Both the position numbers and the translations under genes were made by a program. Below, piece after piece: positions 27,401 to 34,308 of a DNA stretch of 43,294 bases (positions within the stretch are counted from its first letter, which is position 1; every line of letters begins with the position of its first letter). Source of the stretch: Kofleriaceae bacterium (GTDB lineage Bacteria > Myxococcota_A > Polyangia > Haliangiales > Haliangiaceae); contig JBKJLC010000156.1 in NCBI GenBank assembly GCA_046597055.1, forward strand, positions 1 through 43,294. The letters are read 5' to 3'. The notes below the pieces were generated by a model. It saw nothing but the letters and a program-made list of their open reading frames with translations, was not told where the DNA came from and made no database searches.

Positions 27401-28444
27401 GGTCATCAGGGTCAGCGCGAGGAACGGCAAGCCACCGGCATCGGCGACCGCCTCGGCGAACCGGGCCCGGTCGCTGACCCGCGACATCGGGCCCTGCGCG
27501 ATCGGGTACCGCATGCCGTGGGCCGCGGCCAGCGGCGCGCCCGGGGCCAGCGGCGACCGCGCGGCCGCCTCGGCGAGGTGGCTCCCGATCGCGTCGTCGA
27601 TCGCGCGGACCACCTGGCCGGCGGTCACGAACCGCTGGGCCAGCATGCGCGCGAAGCTGCCGTCCTGGCCAACCGGCAGGAGCGAGCTCGCGAGATCGTC
27701 GCCGCCGAGCCGCGCGCGCACGTCGTCGGCGCTGGCGCCGGCGAGGCCCGCGACCGCGAGATCAGGGCGGGTGAACAATCGGTGGCCGGCGATCACGGTG
27801 GTCTCGCTGCCGTCCATCGCGCCGATCGCGCCGCGCACCTCGGCGCCGAGCGACGACTCGCGGACCAGCGCGAGCTGGCTGTCGAGCACCACGCCGGTGG
27901 CGCCGCCGGCGAGGCACGCGGCCGCGGTGTGCAGGCCGATGCCGCCCTGCACCCAGACCGGCAGCGCGACCGCATCGGCCAGCTGCTGGAGCAGCACGAA
28001 CGCGGTCTCCTCGCCGATCCGCCCGCCGGCCTCCGAGCCCTTCGCGATCAGCCCGGCCGCGCCCGCGGCGACCGCGGCCTGGGCCTCGAGCAACGACGTC
28101 ACCTGCACCAGGACCGGCCGCGGCGCCCAGCCGGCGACGTCGGCGCCGGCGGTGACCACGACGACCGTGACCTCGGCGGGCAGCTCGCCCGGGGCGAACC
28201 TGACGCCCTCGGGGATGCGCACGCCGAACCCACCGGGCACGCGCCGACCCAGCACCGCGAGCGCGCGCCGCGCGACCGCACGATCGCGGCCAAGGTCGAG
28301 GACGCCCAGCGCGCCACCGTCGCACAGCGCCGCGACCAGCCCCGGATCGGGCCGCTCGAGTGGACTGATGGCGACGACGCGTGCCGACAGTAGCGCTGGA
28401 TCCACGAACTCCCGCGGTGGACAAGCGAACGATGACGTCTTCAA
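21440..28444 (-). CDS. Type I PKS, ER(FabK/NMO-like x2)-KS-AT-ACP-KR
   Basis: Two FMN TIM-barrel repeats (GSEAGGR; GRECGGH, FAGGIHD); KS DAACAAS, EAHGTGT, KSQIGHTK; AT GHSYG, AFHS; ACP LSIDSIKR; KR TGGARGIT, GQVDYAAAN. Start may be a little downstream of 28444. Confidence 0.92.
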   Translation of the reverse strand: MKTSSFACPPREFVDPALLSARVVAISPLERPDPGLVAALCDGGALGVLDLGRDRAVARRALAVLGRRVPGGFGVRIPEGVRFAPGELPAEVTVVVVTAGADVAGWAPRPVLVQVTSLLEAQAAVAAGAAGLIAKGSEAGGRIGEETAFVLLQQLADAVALPVWVQGGIGLHTAAACLAGGATGVVLDSQLALVRESSLGAEVRGAIGAMDGSETTVIAGHRLFTRPDLAVAGLAGASADDVRARLGGDDLASSLLPVGQDGSFARMLAQRFVTAGQVVRAIDDAIGSHLAEAAARSPLAPGAPLAAAHGMRYPIAQGPMSRVSDRARFAEAVADAGGLPFLALTLMTGGEVRALLVETAALLGDRPWGVGILGFVPQEIREQQLAVLRDIRPPVALIAGGRPSQAGALDAQGTATYLHVPSPGLLDLFLRDGARRFVFEGRECGGHVGPRSSFALWEVQIERLLAHPAPEELSVLFAGGIHDARSAAMVAAMAAPLAARGARIGVLMGTAYLFTDEAVAAGAIQPGFQAAAIACDHTVLLETGPGHATRCADTAFAAAFTDEKRRLEQAGTPAQEVWAALEQLNLGRLRVAAKGLRRDGAALVAVDAAAQRDQGMYMIGQVAALRRATCSMAELHRDVSEGGTAALAAVAARLAEVVVDAEGPGASADIAIVGLAAIFAGAPDTDTFWRNIVAGKNAIREVPPERWSVETYYDPAATGAGAGRKTPCKWGGFLDDIAFDPLAYGIPPRSLEAIEPVQLLSLEIARRALADAGYAERAFDRERTSVIFGAEAGTDLSSAYGFRAMFPHYVGPLPAALEATLPVLTEDSFPGVLANVIAGRIANRLDLGGVNYTVDAACAASLAAVDLAVKELVGGTSDMVLCGGADLHNSINDYLLFASVHALSPTGQCHTFDANADGIVLGEGVGCVVLKRLADAERDGDRVYAVIKGVAGGSDGKSLGLTAPRKDGQIRALERAYRRAGVSPAQVGLVEAHGTGTVVGDRTELATLTEVYAGAGVAAGACVLGSVKSQIGHTKCAAGMAGLIKAALAVHHGVLPPTLNLRQPNPYWRSDTSPFAFLAEAQPWPAAERVAAVSAFGFGGTNFHLVLASHRGGAPAATGATWPAELLLFRGVDPAAAVATVDRLRALLAARRPDASALRLRDLARSVCAAGRGPVQLAVVADDVADLIGKLDLARELRADRRGVYVATVGDDRGAVAFLCPGQGSQKLGMLAELFIAFPRLQRLLALGERWAGRMFPPAAFGAGERAAQAAALTDTRVAQPALGIADLAVAELLQSLGVFPDMTAGHSYGELAALCIAGVIDERDLLALSEARGELILAAAGAEPGAMLAVAGEAALVATIAAASDGVVVANHNSPGQTVLSGSTVAVEAVQAQLIARGLTARRLPVACAFHSPIVAGAQHTLGARLAQVPIAAPTVPVYSNTTAGAYPHEPDAVRALLAAQVARPVRFVEEIEAMYAAGARVFVETGPGQVLTNLVGAILGDRPHLAVACDHGGDAGVRPLLRALGALAVRGIGVDAGALFWDRDAALVELEPARVAAPAKVSVGWLINGHTARPVVAPPARPRLAPAHASNGHGGGISTTGRGVPMNGQVIPINGVGNVVATARVGATSERDAVVLEYLRGTRELIAAQRDIMLGYLGQAAAPAVRYVDAPSITVGPAPAIEVVAASVVTAPAASVIIDPMELVLAIVSERTGYPAETLGPDLDLEADLSIDSIKRIEIVGELAARLGLQVDQGGGDGDAMIEELATRKTLRAMVTWLAARLEALRSPAAPAATPPAVAALPAAPVAVSPVAALTRHVLDVVEAPHPGDGRNRLAGRRFTLHDDGRGIATRLAALLHADGATTRIVTGPDPVTGDAAIPGDGFIHLGALRLEGIRAVDVTFDGPTEPTAAMRTLFEQLRAQVLGGAQVVLVATGHGGHFGRRGDPSALTATGGAAGIVKTLAAEWPTVRAKVVDLDPRDDLGVLAAHLRAELLAADDLVEVGYPAGVRSTLAVVAAEHDGPGTPIALGADSVVLLTGGARGITAQVALELARRYRCKIELVGRSPLPPAVEAADLAAAADAPALRRLLIAREPGRPPAAIEATCAQLLAAREVRANLTAIRAAGAEVAYHPIDVRSPAFAHLVDDIYARHGRLDGVVHGAGVLEDKLIRHKTVESFERVFGTKLDGAMTLADRLRADVRFVILFGSVAGAFGNRGQVDYAAANDALDQLAWSLDRRLGGRVVSIDWGPWAGAGMVSPELEREYARRGIGLIEPAAGIEALFAELRDGAGDAQVILMAGDPARFRPRTVSALPPAEPAHLAPPRVDALAAQGD

Positions 28445-28662
28445 GTCGCGCGCACCCTAACAACATCGTGGCGAGCGGGTCGAGACGATTCGCGCAGCGC
28501 TGGATAACAAGCAGTGTTGCTGTACGCGGCGCGGACGTCGCCGCGCAGGGGTGAGATGTGATCGCGATTACCTCGCTAACACTCGCGAGGACCCGCCGGC
28601 GCGATCGGTTGGACCAGCGGTGTGCGCGAGAAAGGCGATGAAAGCGACCGCGACGCGCCGAG

Positions 28663-29970
28663 TCAGCCCGCGCCCTGCATGCGCGGCCAGGCCGGCACGC
28701 GCGGCAGCGGCAGCACCAGCTTGTAGCGGGTCATCTTCCAGACGTCGTCGATCTTGGTGAAGTCGATGCCGCCGGTGATGGTCGCCTTTTCGAACTCGAC
28801 GAGGAGCTGGATGCTGGCGCCGGTGCCGTTCGGGTTCTGGGTCGCCGAGGTCACGTTGAGAATGCGCAGGAACGGGCCGAGCACCTTGCGGCGATCACTC
28901 TCGGTCTCGCGGAAGTTCTCCTTGGTGATCGACTGCTGGAAGCCCACGGCGGCCCGGTTCCAGATCCCGGCGTAGTCCTCCTGGGCCGACAGGATCAGGA
29001 TCTCCTCGGCGGCGCGCTTGAGCTCGGCCTCGGGCCCGCGGACCCGCCTGGCCCGCATCGCATCGGTGCTGGCGGCGGCGGCGACCGCCAGCGGGACGTC
29101 GACCGCGAAGCCCAGCACCTTCCAGCGGTTGTCCTCCCAGCGGAAGCTGACGCTGCCGCGCGCCGAGCCATTTTCGTAGTCGGCGCTGAAGTCGAGGCGC
29201 CCGGTGCGGCCGCTGGGCCCGCGACCGGTCGCCAGCGCGAGGACCGCGGTGACCTCCTTGTACTTGCCGAGCGTCCGATTGAGGTCCTCCATCTGGGCCA
29301 CGAAGATGTCCTCGAGGACGACCTCCTGGAACCGTGTCGAGGCGTCGCGATAGACCTCGCGCGCCTGGCCGTCGCGGATCGCGATCAGCGTGGCCTGCGC
29401 CAGCGGGCGGAAGTCGGGCGGCCGCGGCCGGCGCAGCTGGAGCCCGACGATCACGGCGATCCACGAGAACACCAGCAGGAAGCTGACGACCACGCTGCGG
29501 GCCATCACCCGGCCGCTGCGGGTCTTGGGGAAGATCGCCGACGCGACCGGGAGATGGGTCAGCGACTCGCCGGCGCGCTCGCCGGCATGGACCACCCGGT
29601 CGACCACGGCGTCGCCGGCATGGACGACCGCGTTGCCGAGGTCCTCGGCCAGCTCCGAGATCGTGCGCGGCCGCTTGCGCCGCTCGACCAGGGGCTCGAT
29701 CACCGGGCCCACCGGCGTGCCGTCCTCGTTCACCGCCGGGAGGTGCGCCTGCGAGAACTGGACGTCCATCGAGCCCGACATCGCCGGCAGCCGGTCGGAC
29801 CCGACCAGATCGCCAGCCACCGCGGGCAAGCGGGTGCTCGAGAACTGGACCTCCAGCGAGTCGCCCGGCGACACCGGCAACCGCGGGTTCGACAGCGCGA
29901 CCTCGACCGACCCGCTGTCGGCGGGGTCGGACGGCGCCGGATCGTCGTCGGGTGGGTCGCGCTCGGGCAC
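28663..29970 (-). CDS. Single-pass membrane protein with two DUF4019/DUF3887-like domains
   Basis: TM helix SVVVSFLLVFSWIAVIVGL; two similar ~110-aa units (AS.RFQ...LG...YENG...WKV and AAVGFQ...LG...FEKA...WKM); CATAAT 6 nt before GTG. Confidence 0.7.
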   Translation of the reverse strand: MPERDPPDDDPAPSDPADSGSVEVALSNPRLPVSPGDSLEVQFSSTRLPAVAGDLVGSDRLPAMSGSMDVQFSQAHLPAVNEDGTPVGPVIEPLVERRKRPRTISELAEDLGNAVVHAGDAVVDRVVHAGERAGESLTHLPVASAIFPKTRSGRVMARSVVVSFLLVFSWIAVIVGLQLRRPRPPDFRPLAQATLIAIRDGQAREVYRDASTRFQEVVLEDIFVAQMEDLNRTLGKYKEVTAVLALATGRGPSGRTGRLDFSADYENGSARGSVSFRWEDNRWKVLGFAVDVPLAVAAAASTDAMRARRVRGPEAELKRAAEEILILSAQEDYAGIWNRAAVGFQQSITKENFRETESDRRKVLGPFLRILNVTSATQNPNGTGASIQLLVEFEKATITGGIDFTKIDDVWKMTRYKLVLPLPRVPAWPRMQGAG

Positions 29971-30008
29971 GGCGGGATTATGACCGGAAGCGCATGGCGC
30001 CGCCGCGG

Positions 30009-30653
30009 TTACCGACCGGCGGGCGCGTCGCTCGGCGCGGGCGGCGCGTCGACCGGCGGGGGTGCGTCGGGGCGGGCGTCGACGGGGGCATCGATGCCGG
30101 CGTCGGGCGCGCCGATCATGTCGGTCCAGATCTCGACCGTCGCGGTGCGACCGGCGACCTCGGCGCGCAGCCGGACCAGCCGGCCGGACTCGTTGTAATA
30201 GACCAGGAGCAGGTCGCCGGTGATCCAGGCACCGGTCCCGTCGGGGCGGGTGGTCATCGCCGCTTCCTCGCTGGTGATCAGCTCACCGCCGGGAATCTCG
30301 ATGAGCGTGCGCTGCGCCAGGCAGGCCCCGACCCCGGCGCCGCGCACCCGCAGGTTGGCGACCACCATCGGGGCGCCCTGCCCGCCGAACACCAGCGGGA
30401 CGACCTCGCCCTGGGTGAAGGCCCGGAACCGTCCGTCGGAACCGACCTGCCCGATCTGGAGGTCGTCGAGCGTCGGCGGCAGGTAGCCGGCGGGGACCTG
30501 GCAGGTCTCGGACATGGGTGGCGGCGACTGACCGCACGCACCGCCGATCGAGGTCAGCGCCAGGACCGCCAGCGCCAGGGCGCCAGCGCAGGACGCGATC
30601 AGCCGACGACCGCGCCCGGCCCCCGGCCTGCGGTGGGTCATGCCGTCGGTCAC
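30009..30653 (-). CDS. Hypothetical lipoprotein
   Basis: GTGA overlap with FAD-subunit stop (alternative ATG at 30641); hydrophobic signal ending GGA-C; GGQGAPMV motif; PDA-repeat tail. Confidence 0.65.
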   Translation of the reverse strand: MTDGMTHRRPGAGRGRRLIASCAGALALAVLALTSIGGACGQSPPPMSETCQVPAGYLPPTLDDLQIGQVGSDGRFRAFTQGEVVPLVFGGQGAPMVVANLRVRGAGVGACLAQRTLIEIPGGELITSEEAAMTTRPDGTGAWITGDLLLVYYNESGRLVRLRAEVAGRTATVEIWTDMIGAPDAGIDAPVDARPDAPPPVDAPPAPSDAPAGR

Positions 30654-31495
30654 GCCGGGGCTCCGGCGTTCTTGATGAAGCGCATCAGCAGATGCTGCGC
30701 CACCTCGAGCCGGTACTCTGCGGTCGACCGCACATCGTCGATCGGTCGGATCTCGCCGGCCAGCGCATCGGCGACCGCCTGGGCGGTGGCCGCATCGGGC
30801 ACCCGACCGGCGGCCGCGGCCTCGGCCGCGTAGGCCCGGATCGGCCGATCGGCGACCGCGCCGATCCCGAAGCGCGCCCAGGCGATCGTGCCGCGCTCGA
30901 CGTGGATCGCCGCGGCCGCCATCACCTTGGAGATCGACTGGGCGCGCCGGGTCCCGACCTTGCGCCACGCCAGGCGGGTCGCCGCTGCCGGCACCGGGAT
31001 CACGATCGCCGCGACCAGCTCGTCGCCGGCCAGTACGGTGGTGCGGTAGCCGGTCGCGAAGTCGCGGTACGCGACCGTGCGCACGCCGCGGGCCGACACC
31101 AGCTCCAGCGTCGCGTCGAGCGCGAGCAGCACCGGGAGGCTGTCGCCGACCGGGGACGAGTTGGCGACGTTGCCGCCGATGGTCCCGCGCGCCTGGATCT
31201 GCAGCGCGCCGATCTCGCGCGCCGCTGCCACCAGGATCGGCGCGTGCTTGCCGACCAGGTCGCTGTCGACCACGTCGAGCCACGGGGTCCCGGCCCCGAT
31301 CCGCAGGCTGTCCGCAACCCGGACGATGCCGCGCAGCTCCGGGCACGCCCACAGGTCGACGATGCCGACCGGCACCGGCTTGTGGGGGGCATCGACCATG
31401 AGGTCGGTGCCCCCGGCGAGGACCATCCAGTCGGGATGGGCGGCCCGCAGCGCGACCGCCTCGTCGAGGGTCGCGGGCCGGGCGTAGCCGGTCAC
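30650..31495 (-). CDS. Xanthine dehydrogenase-family FAD-binding subunit (CoxM/XdhB-like)
   Basis: YARPATLDEA, LAGGTDL, IGALQIQARGTIGGNVANSSPVGD, PIDDVRSTAEYR. Confidence 0.92.
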   Translation of the reverse strand: MTGYARPATLDEAVALRAAHPDWMVLAGGTDLMVDAPHKPVPVGIVDLWACPELRGIVRVADSLRIGAGTPWLDVVDSDLVGKHAPILVAAAREIGALQIQARGTIGGNVANSSPVGDSLPVLLALDATLELVSARGVRTVAYRDFATGYRTTVLAGDELVAAIVIPVPAAATRLAWRKVGTRRAQSISKVMAAAAIHVERGTIAWARFGIGAVADRPIRAYAAEAAAAGRVPDAATAQAVADALAGEIRPIDDVRSTAEYRLEVAQHLLMRFIKNAGAPA

Positions 31496-31998
31496 GCCGC
31501 GCCTCCCGGCTCGCCGGCGGCCGCGACCACCGCGTCGACGATGAGCTGGTAGCCGGTGCAGCGACAGATGTTGCCGGCCAGCAGCTCGCGGACCTGGCCG
31601 CGAGCGGCCGGGCCCTGGCTGATGCGCCCGGCGTCGATCAGGTGGGCGGCGCACACCGCGATGCCCGGGGTGCAGATGCCGCACTGAGCGCCGCCGCGCG
31701 CGATCAGCTCGCGCTGGACCGCGTGCAAGATCGCCGCGCCGTCGGCGCGGGTCGCCAGGCCCTCGACCGTGGTCACGGTCCGGCCGCCGCACTGGCCGAC
31801 CGCGACCAGGCACGAGTTGACCGGGATGCCGTCGAGCAGGACGGTGCACGCGCCGCACTCGCCCTCGCCGCAGCCCTCCTTGGTGCCGGTCAGGCGCAGG
31901 TCCTCGCGCAGCGCATCGAGCAGGCGCTTCCACGGCGAGGCCTTCACCTCGGACGGCGCGCCGTTGACGATCAGCCGGATCGTGACCTCGGCGGTCAC
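31492..31998 (-). CDS. Xanthine dehydrogenase-family 2x[2Fe-2S] subunit (CoxS/XdhC-like)
   Basis: GTKEGCGEGECGACTV, NSCL, QCGICTPG, GNICRCTGY. Confidence 0.95.
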   Translation of the reverse strand: MTAEVTIRLIVNGAPSEVKASPWKRLLDALREDLRLTGTKEGCGEGECGACTVLLDGIPVNSCLVAVGQCGGRTVTTVEGLATRADGAAILHAVQRELIARGGAQCGICTPGIAVCAAHLIDAGRISQGPAARGQVRELLAGNICRCTGYQLIVDAVVAAAGEPGGAA

Positions 31999-34295
31999 GA
32001 TCCGGCTCCCGGTTGCGTCCGCAGCGCGCGCGCGATGTCCTCGGGCAGGACCGGGATGCGATCGAACGGCACCCCCAGCGCATCCTCGAGGGCGTTGGCG
32101 ACCGCCGCGGCCGGGCCGTCCATCGGGATCTCGCCGACCCCCTTGGCGCCCGACGGCCCGTACGGGTACGGGCACTCGACGATGATCGTCTCGAGCTCGG
32201 GGATGTCGGCGAAGGTCGGGACGATGCAGTTGGTCATGTTGGCGTTGGCGACGCGGCCGTCCTTGTACACAATGCTCTCGAGCAGCGCCCAGCCCAGCGC
32301 CTGCACGGTGCCGCCCTCGATCTGGCCGGTGACGATCACCGGGTTGATCGCCTTGCCGACGTCGACCGCGTGGACGCAGCGCAGCAGCGTGACCTCGCGG
32401 GTGTCGAGATCGACCTCGAGGTCGACCAGGCACCCGGCCCACCCGTAGCAGGGATAGGCCGCGCCGGTGTAGGTCGCGTCGTCCCACTCGATGCCGGGCG
32501 GCGGCACGTACTGCACGGTCTCGGACACGGTGCCGCGCTCGTCGAGCTGGACCCGCCGCTCGACCATCGCCGACGCCAGCGCCGGCAGCTCGCCGGTGAC
32601 GCCGGCCGCGGCGGCCCACGCGGTGATCCGCTCGCGCAGCTGACGTCCGGCGCGCTCGACCAGGCCGCCGACCACCATGCAGGTGCGGCTGGCGACGGTC
32701 GGCCCGCTGTCGGGGACGCCGTCGGTGGCCGGATCGATCACTACGATCTGCTCGCCGGCGACCCCGAGCCCGGCGGCCGCGAGCTGGACGAAGATCGTGG
32801 TGGCGCCCTGCCCGATGTCGGTCGAGCTGGCCCGGACCTCGAACCGACCGTCGGCGCGCGCGCCGACCACCGCGCGCCCGGCCAGCCGCTGCTCGCCGGA
32901 GCCGGTGAAGCCGGCGCCGTGGAAGTAGAAGGCGTAGCCGCGGCCGCGGCGGACCGGCGCGCCATGGCGATTGACGCCCTCGCGCACCGGTGGGTCGCCG
33001 GCGGCGGCGCGGATCGCGATCATCACGTCGTCGGTGCCGACCGACGCGTCGAGCAGCTGGCCGGTCGCGGTGGTGTCGCCCAGCCGCAGCGCGTGGCGAT
33101 CGCGGTAGACCCAGGGGTCGACCCCGGTGAGCCGCGCGGCCTGGTCGATCTGGCGCTCGTACGCGAACGTGGTCTGGGGCGCGCCGAAGCCGCGGAACGC
33201 ACCGTGGGGTGGGTGGTTGGTCGCGACCACCCGGCCGCGCACGCGCACCACCGCGCAGCGGTAGGGCCCGGCCGCGTGGAGCACGCCGCGCGACAGCACC
33301 ACCGGCGACAGCGTGATGTAGGCACCACCGTCCATGATGACGTCGATGTCCATCGCGGCGATCGAGCCGTCGCTGCGCAGGCCGAGCCGGTGGCGCACCC
33401 GGGCCGGGTGCCGCTTGGTGGTCGCCGCGATGTCCTCGGCGCGGTCGTAGACCATCTTGACCGGCCGGCCCAGCGCCGAGGTCAGCAGCACGCAGTGCGC
33501 GGCGAGCATCGACGGATACTCCTCCTTGCCGCCGAACCCACCGCCGGTGACGGTCTGCGCGACCACGACGTCGTCGGCGTCGCAGCCGAGCAGCGACTTC
33601 ATCGCCTTGTGCACGTAGTACGGGCACTGCATCGAGCCGGTGACCTTCACCACCCCGCCCTCGCGCCAGGCCGCCATCGCCTGGGGCTCGATGTACATCT
33701 GCTCCTGGGCGCCGGTCTCGTAGGTGTGGTCGATGATCTGGGCCGCCGACGCCATCGCGCGCTCGAGCGCGTCGTCGTCGGCGTGGCCCTTGCGGATCAG
33801 GAACGACTTGAAGACATTGTCAACCCCGCGCAGCCGGACGTCGGCCTTGAGCGCGGCGTCGATCGTCAGCACCGACGGCAGCGCCGACTCGCGGGGCCGG
33901 ATCGCGGCGCGCGCGGCCAGCGCCAGCGCGCGGGTCGGCGCGGCGATCAGCGCCAGCGGCTCGGCGACGTGGCGGATGCGGCCGCCGGGCGGGACCAGCG
34001 CCGGCTGATCGTCCTCGAGCAGCGCGATGTGGTTCGAGCCAAAGCCGCCGGCATCGTGGCCCTTGCCCCAGGCGAACGCGTCGGCGGTGACCACCTTGAC
34101 CTGCGACCAGTCAAAGCCGGGGTCGAGCTCCAGGCCATCGAAGGTGCCGTGGGCGATCGTCGAGCGCACGGTGAGGCCGTGCCAGGCGCCGGGCAGCTCG
34201 AGATCGTCGAGATAGCGCGCGGCGCCGGTGACCTTGGCCAGGCCGTCGACCCGCGGCACGCCGCGGCCGACCGAGGTGCCGGTGGGGGGGGACAT
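31995..34295 (-). CDS. Xanthine dehydrogenase-family molybdopterin-binding subunit (CoxL/XdhA-like)
   Basis: RVDGLAKVTGAARY, QMYIEPQ, GGGFGGK, AFRGFG, DIGQG, GPTVASR, GQIEGG, AKGVGE; TAGATT 7 nt before ATG 34295. Confidence 0.93.
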   Translation of the reverse strand: MSPPTGTSVGRGVPRVDGLAKVTGAARYLDDLELPGAWHGLTVRSTIAHGTFDGLELDPGFDWSQVKVVTADAFAWGKGHDAGGFGSNHIALLEDDQPALVPPGGRIRHVAEPLALIAAPTRALALAARAAIRPRESALPSVLTIDAALKADVRLRGVDNVFKSFLIRKGHADDDALERAMASAAQIIDHTYETGAQEQMYIEPQAMAAWREGGVVKVTGSMQCPYYVHKAMKSLLGCDADDVVVAQTVTGGGFGGKEEYPSMLAAHCVLLTSALGRPVKMVYDRAEDIAATTKRHPARVRHRLGLRSDGSIAAMDIDVIMDGGAYITLSPVVLSRGVLHAAGPYRCAVVRVRGRVVATNHPPHGAFRGFGAPQTTFAYERQIDQAARLTGVDPWVYRDRHALRLGDTTATGQLLDASVGTDDVMIAIRAAAGDPPVREGVNRHGAPVRRGRGYAFYFHGAGFTGSGEQRLAGRAVVGARADGRFEVRASSTDIGQGATTIFVQLAAAGLGVAGEQIVVIDPATDGVPDSGPTVASRTCMVVGGLVERAGRQLRERITAWAAAAGVTGELPALASAMVERRVQLDERGTVSETVQYVPPPGIEWDDATYTGAAYPCYGWAGCLVDLEVDLDTREVTLLRCVHAVDVGKAINPVIVTGQIEGGTVQALGWALLESIVYKDGRVANANMTNCIVPTFADIPELETIIVECPYPYGPSGAKGVGEIPMDGPAAAVANALEDALGVPFDRIPVLPEDIARALRTQPGAGS

Positions 34296-34308
34296 CCGCA
34301 GGAATCTA

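Noticed and set aside
17143..28393. Very long plus-strand ORFs 17143..21516 and 21449..28393
   Set aside because: Antisense mirrors of the PKS genes; stop-poor because of GC-rich codon bias; no recognisable motifs.
17056..28444. Canonical PUFA (pfa) synthase or enediyne PKSE
   Set aside because: No tandem ACPs, chain-length factor or FabA-type DH pair; domain order and the fused ER differ from PKSE.
34284..34291. G8 tract just after the molybdopterin-subunit start as a phase-variation site
   Set aside because: Short for slippage, not unexpected at this GC level, and the frame is intact.
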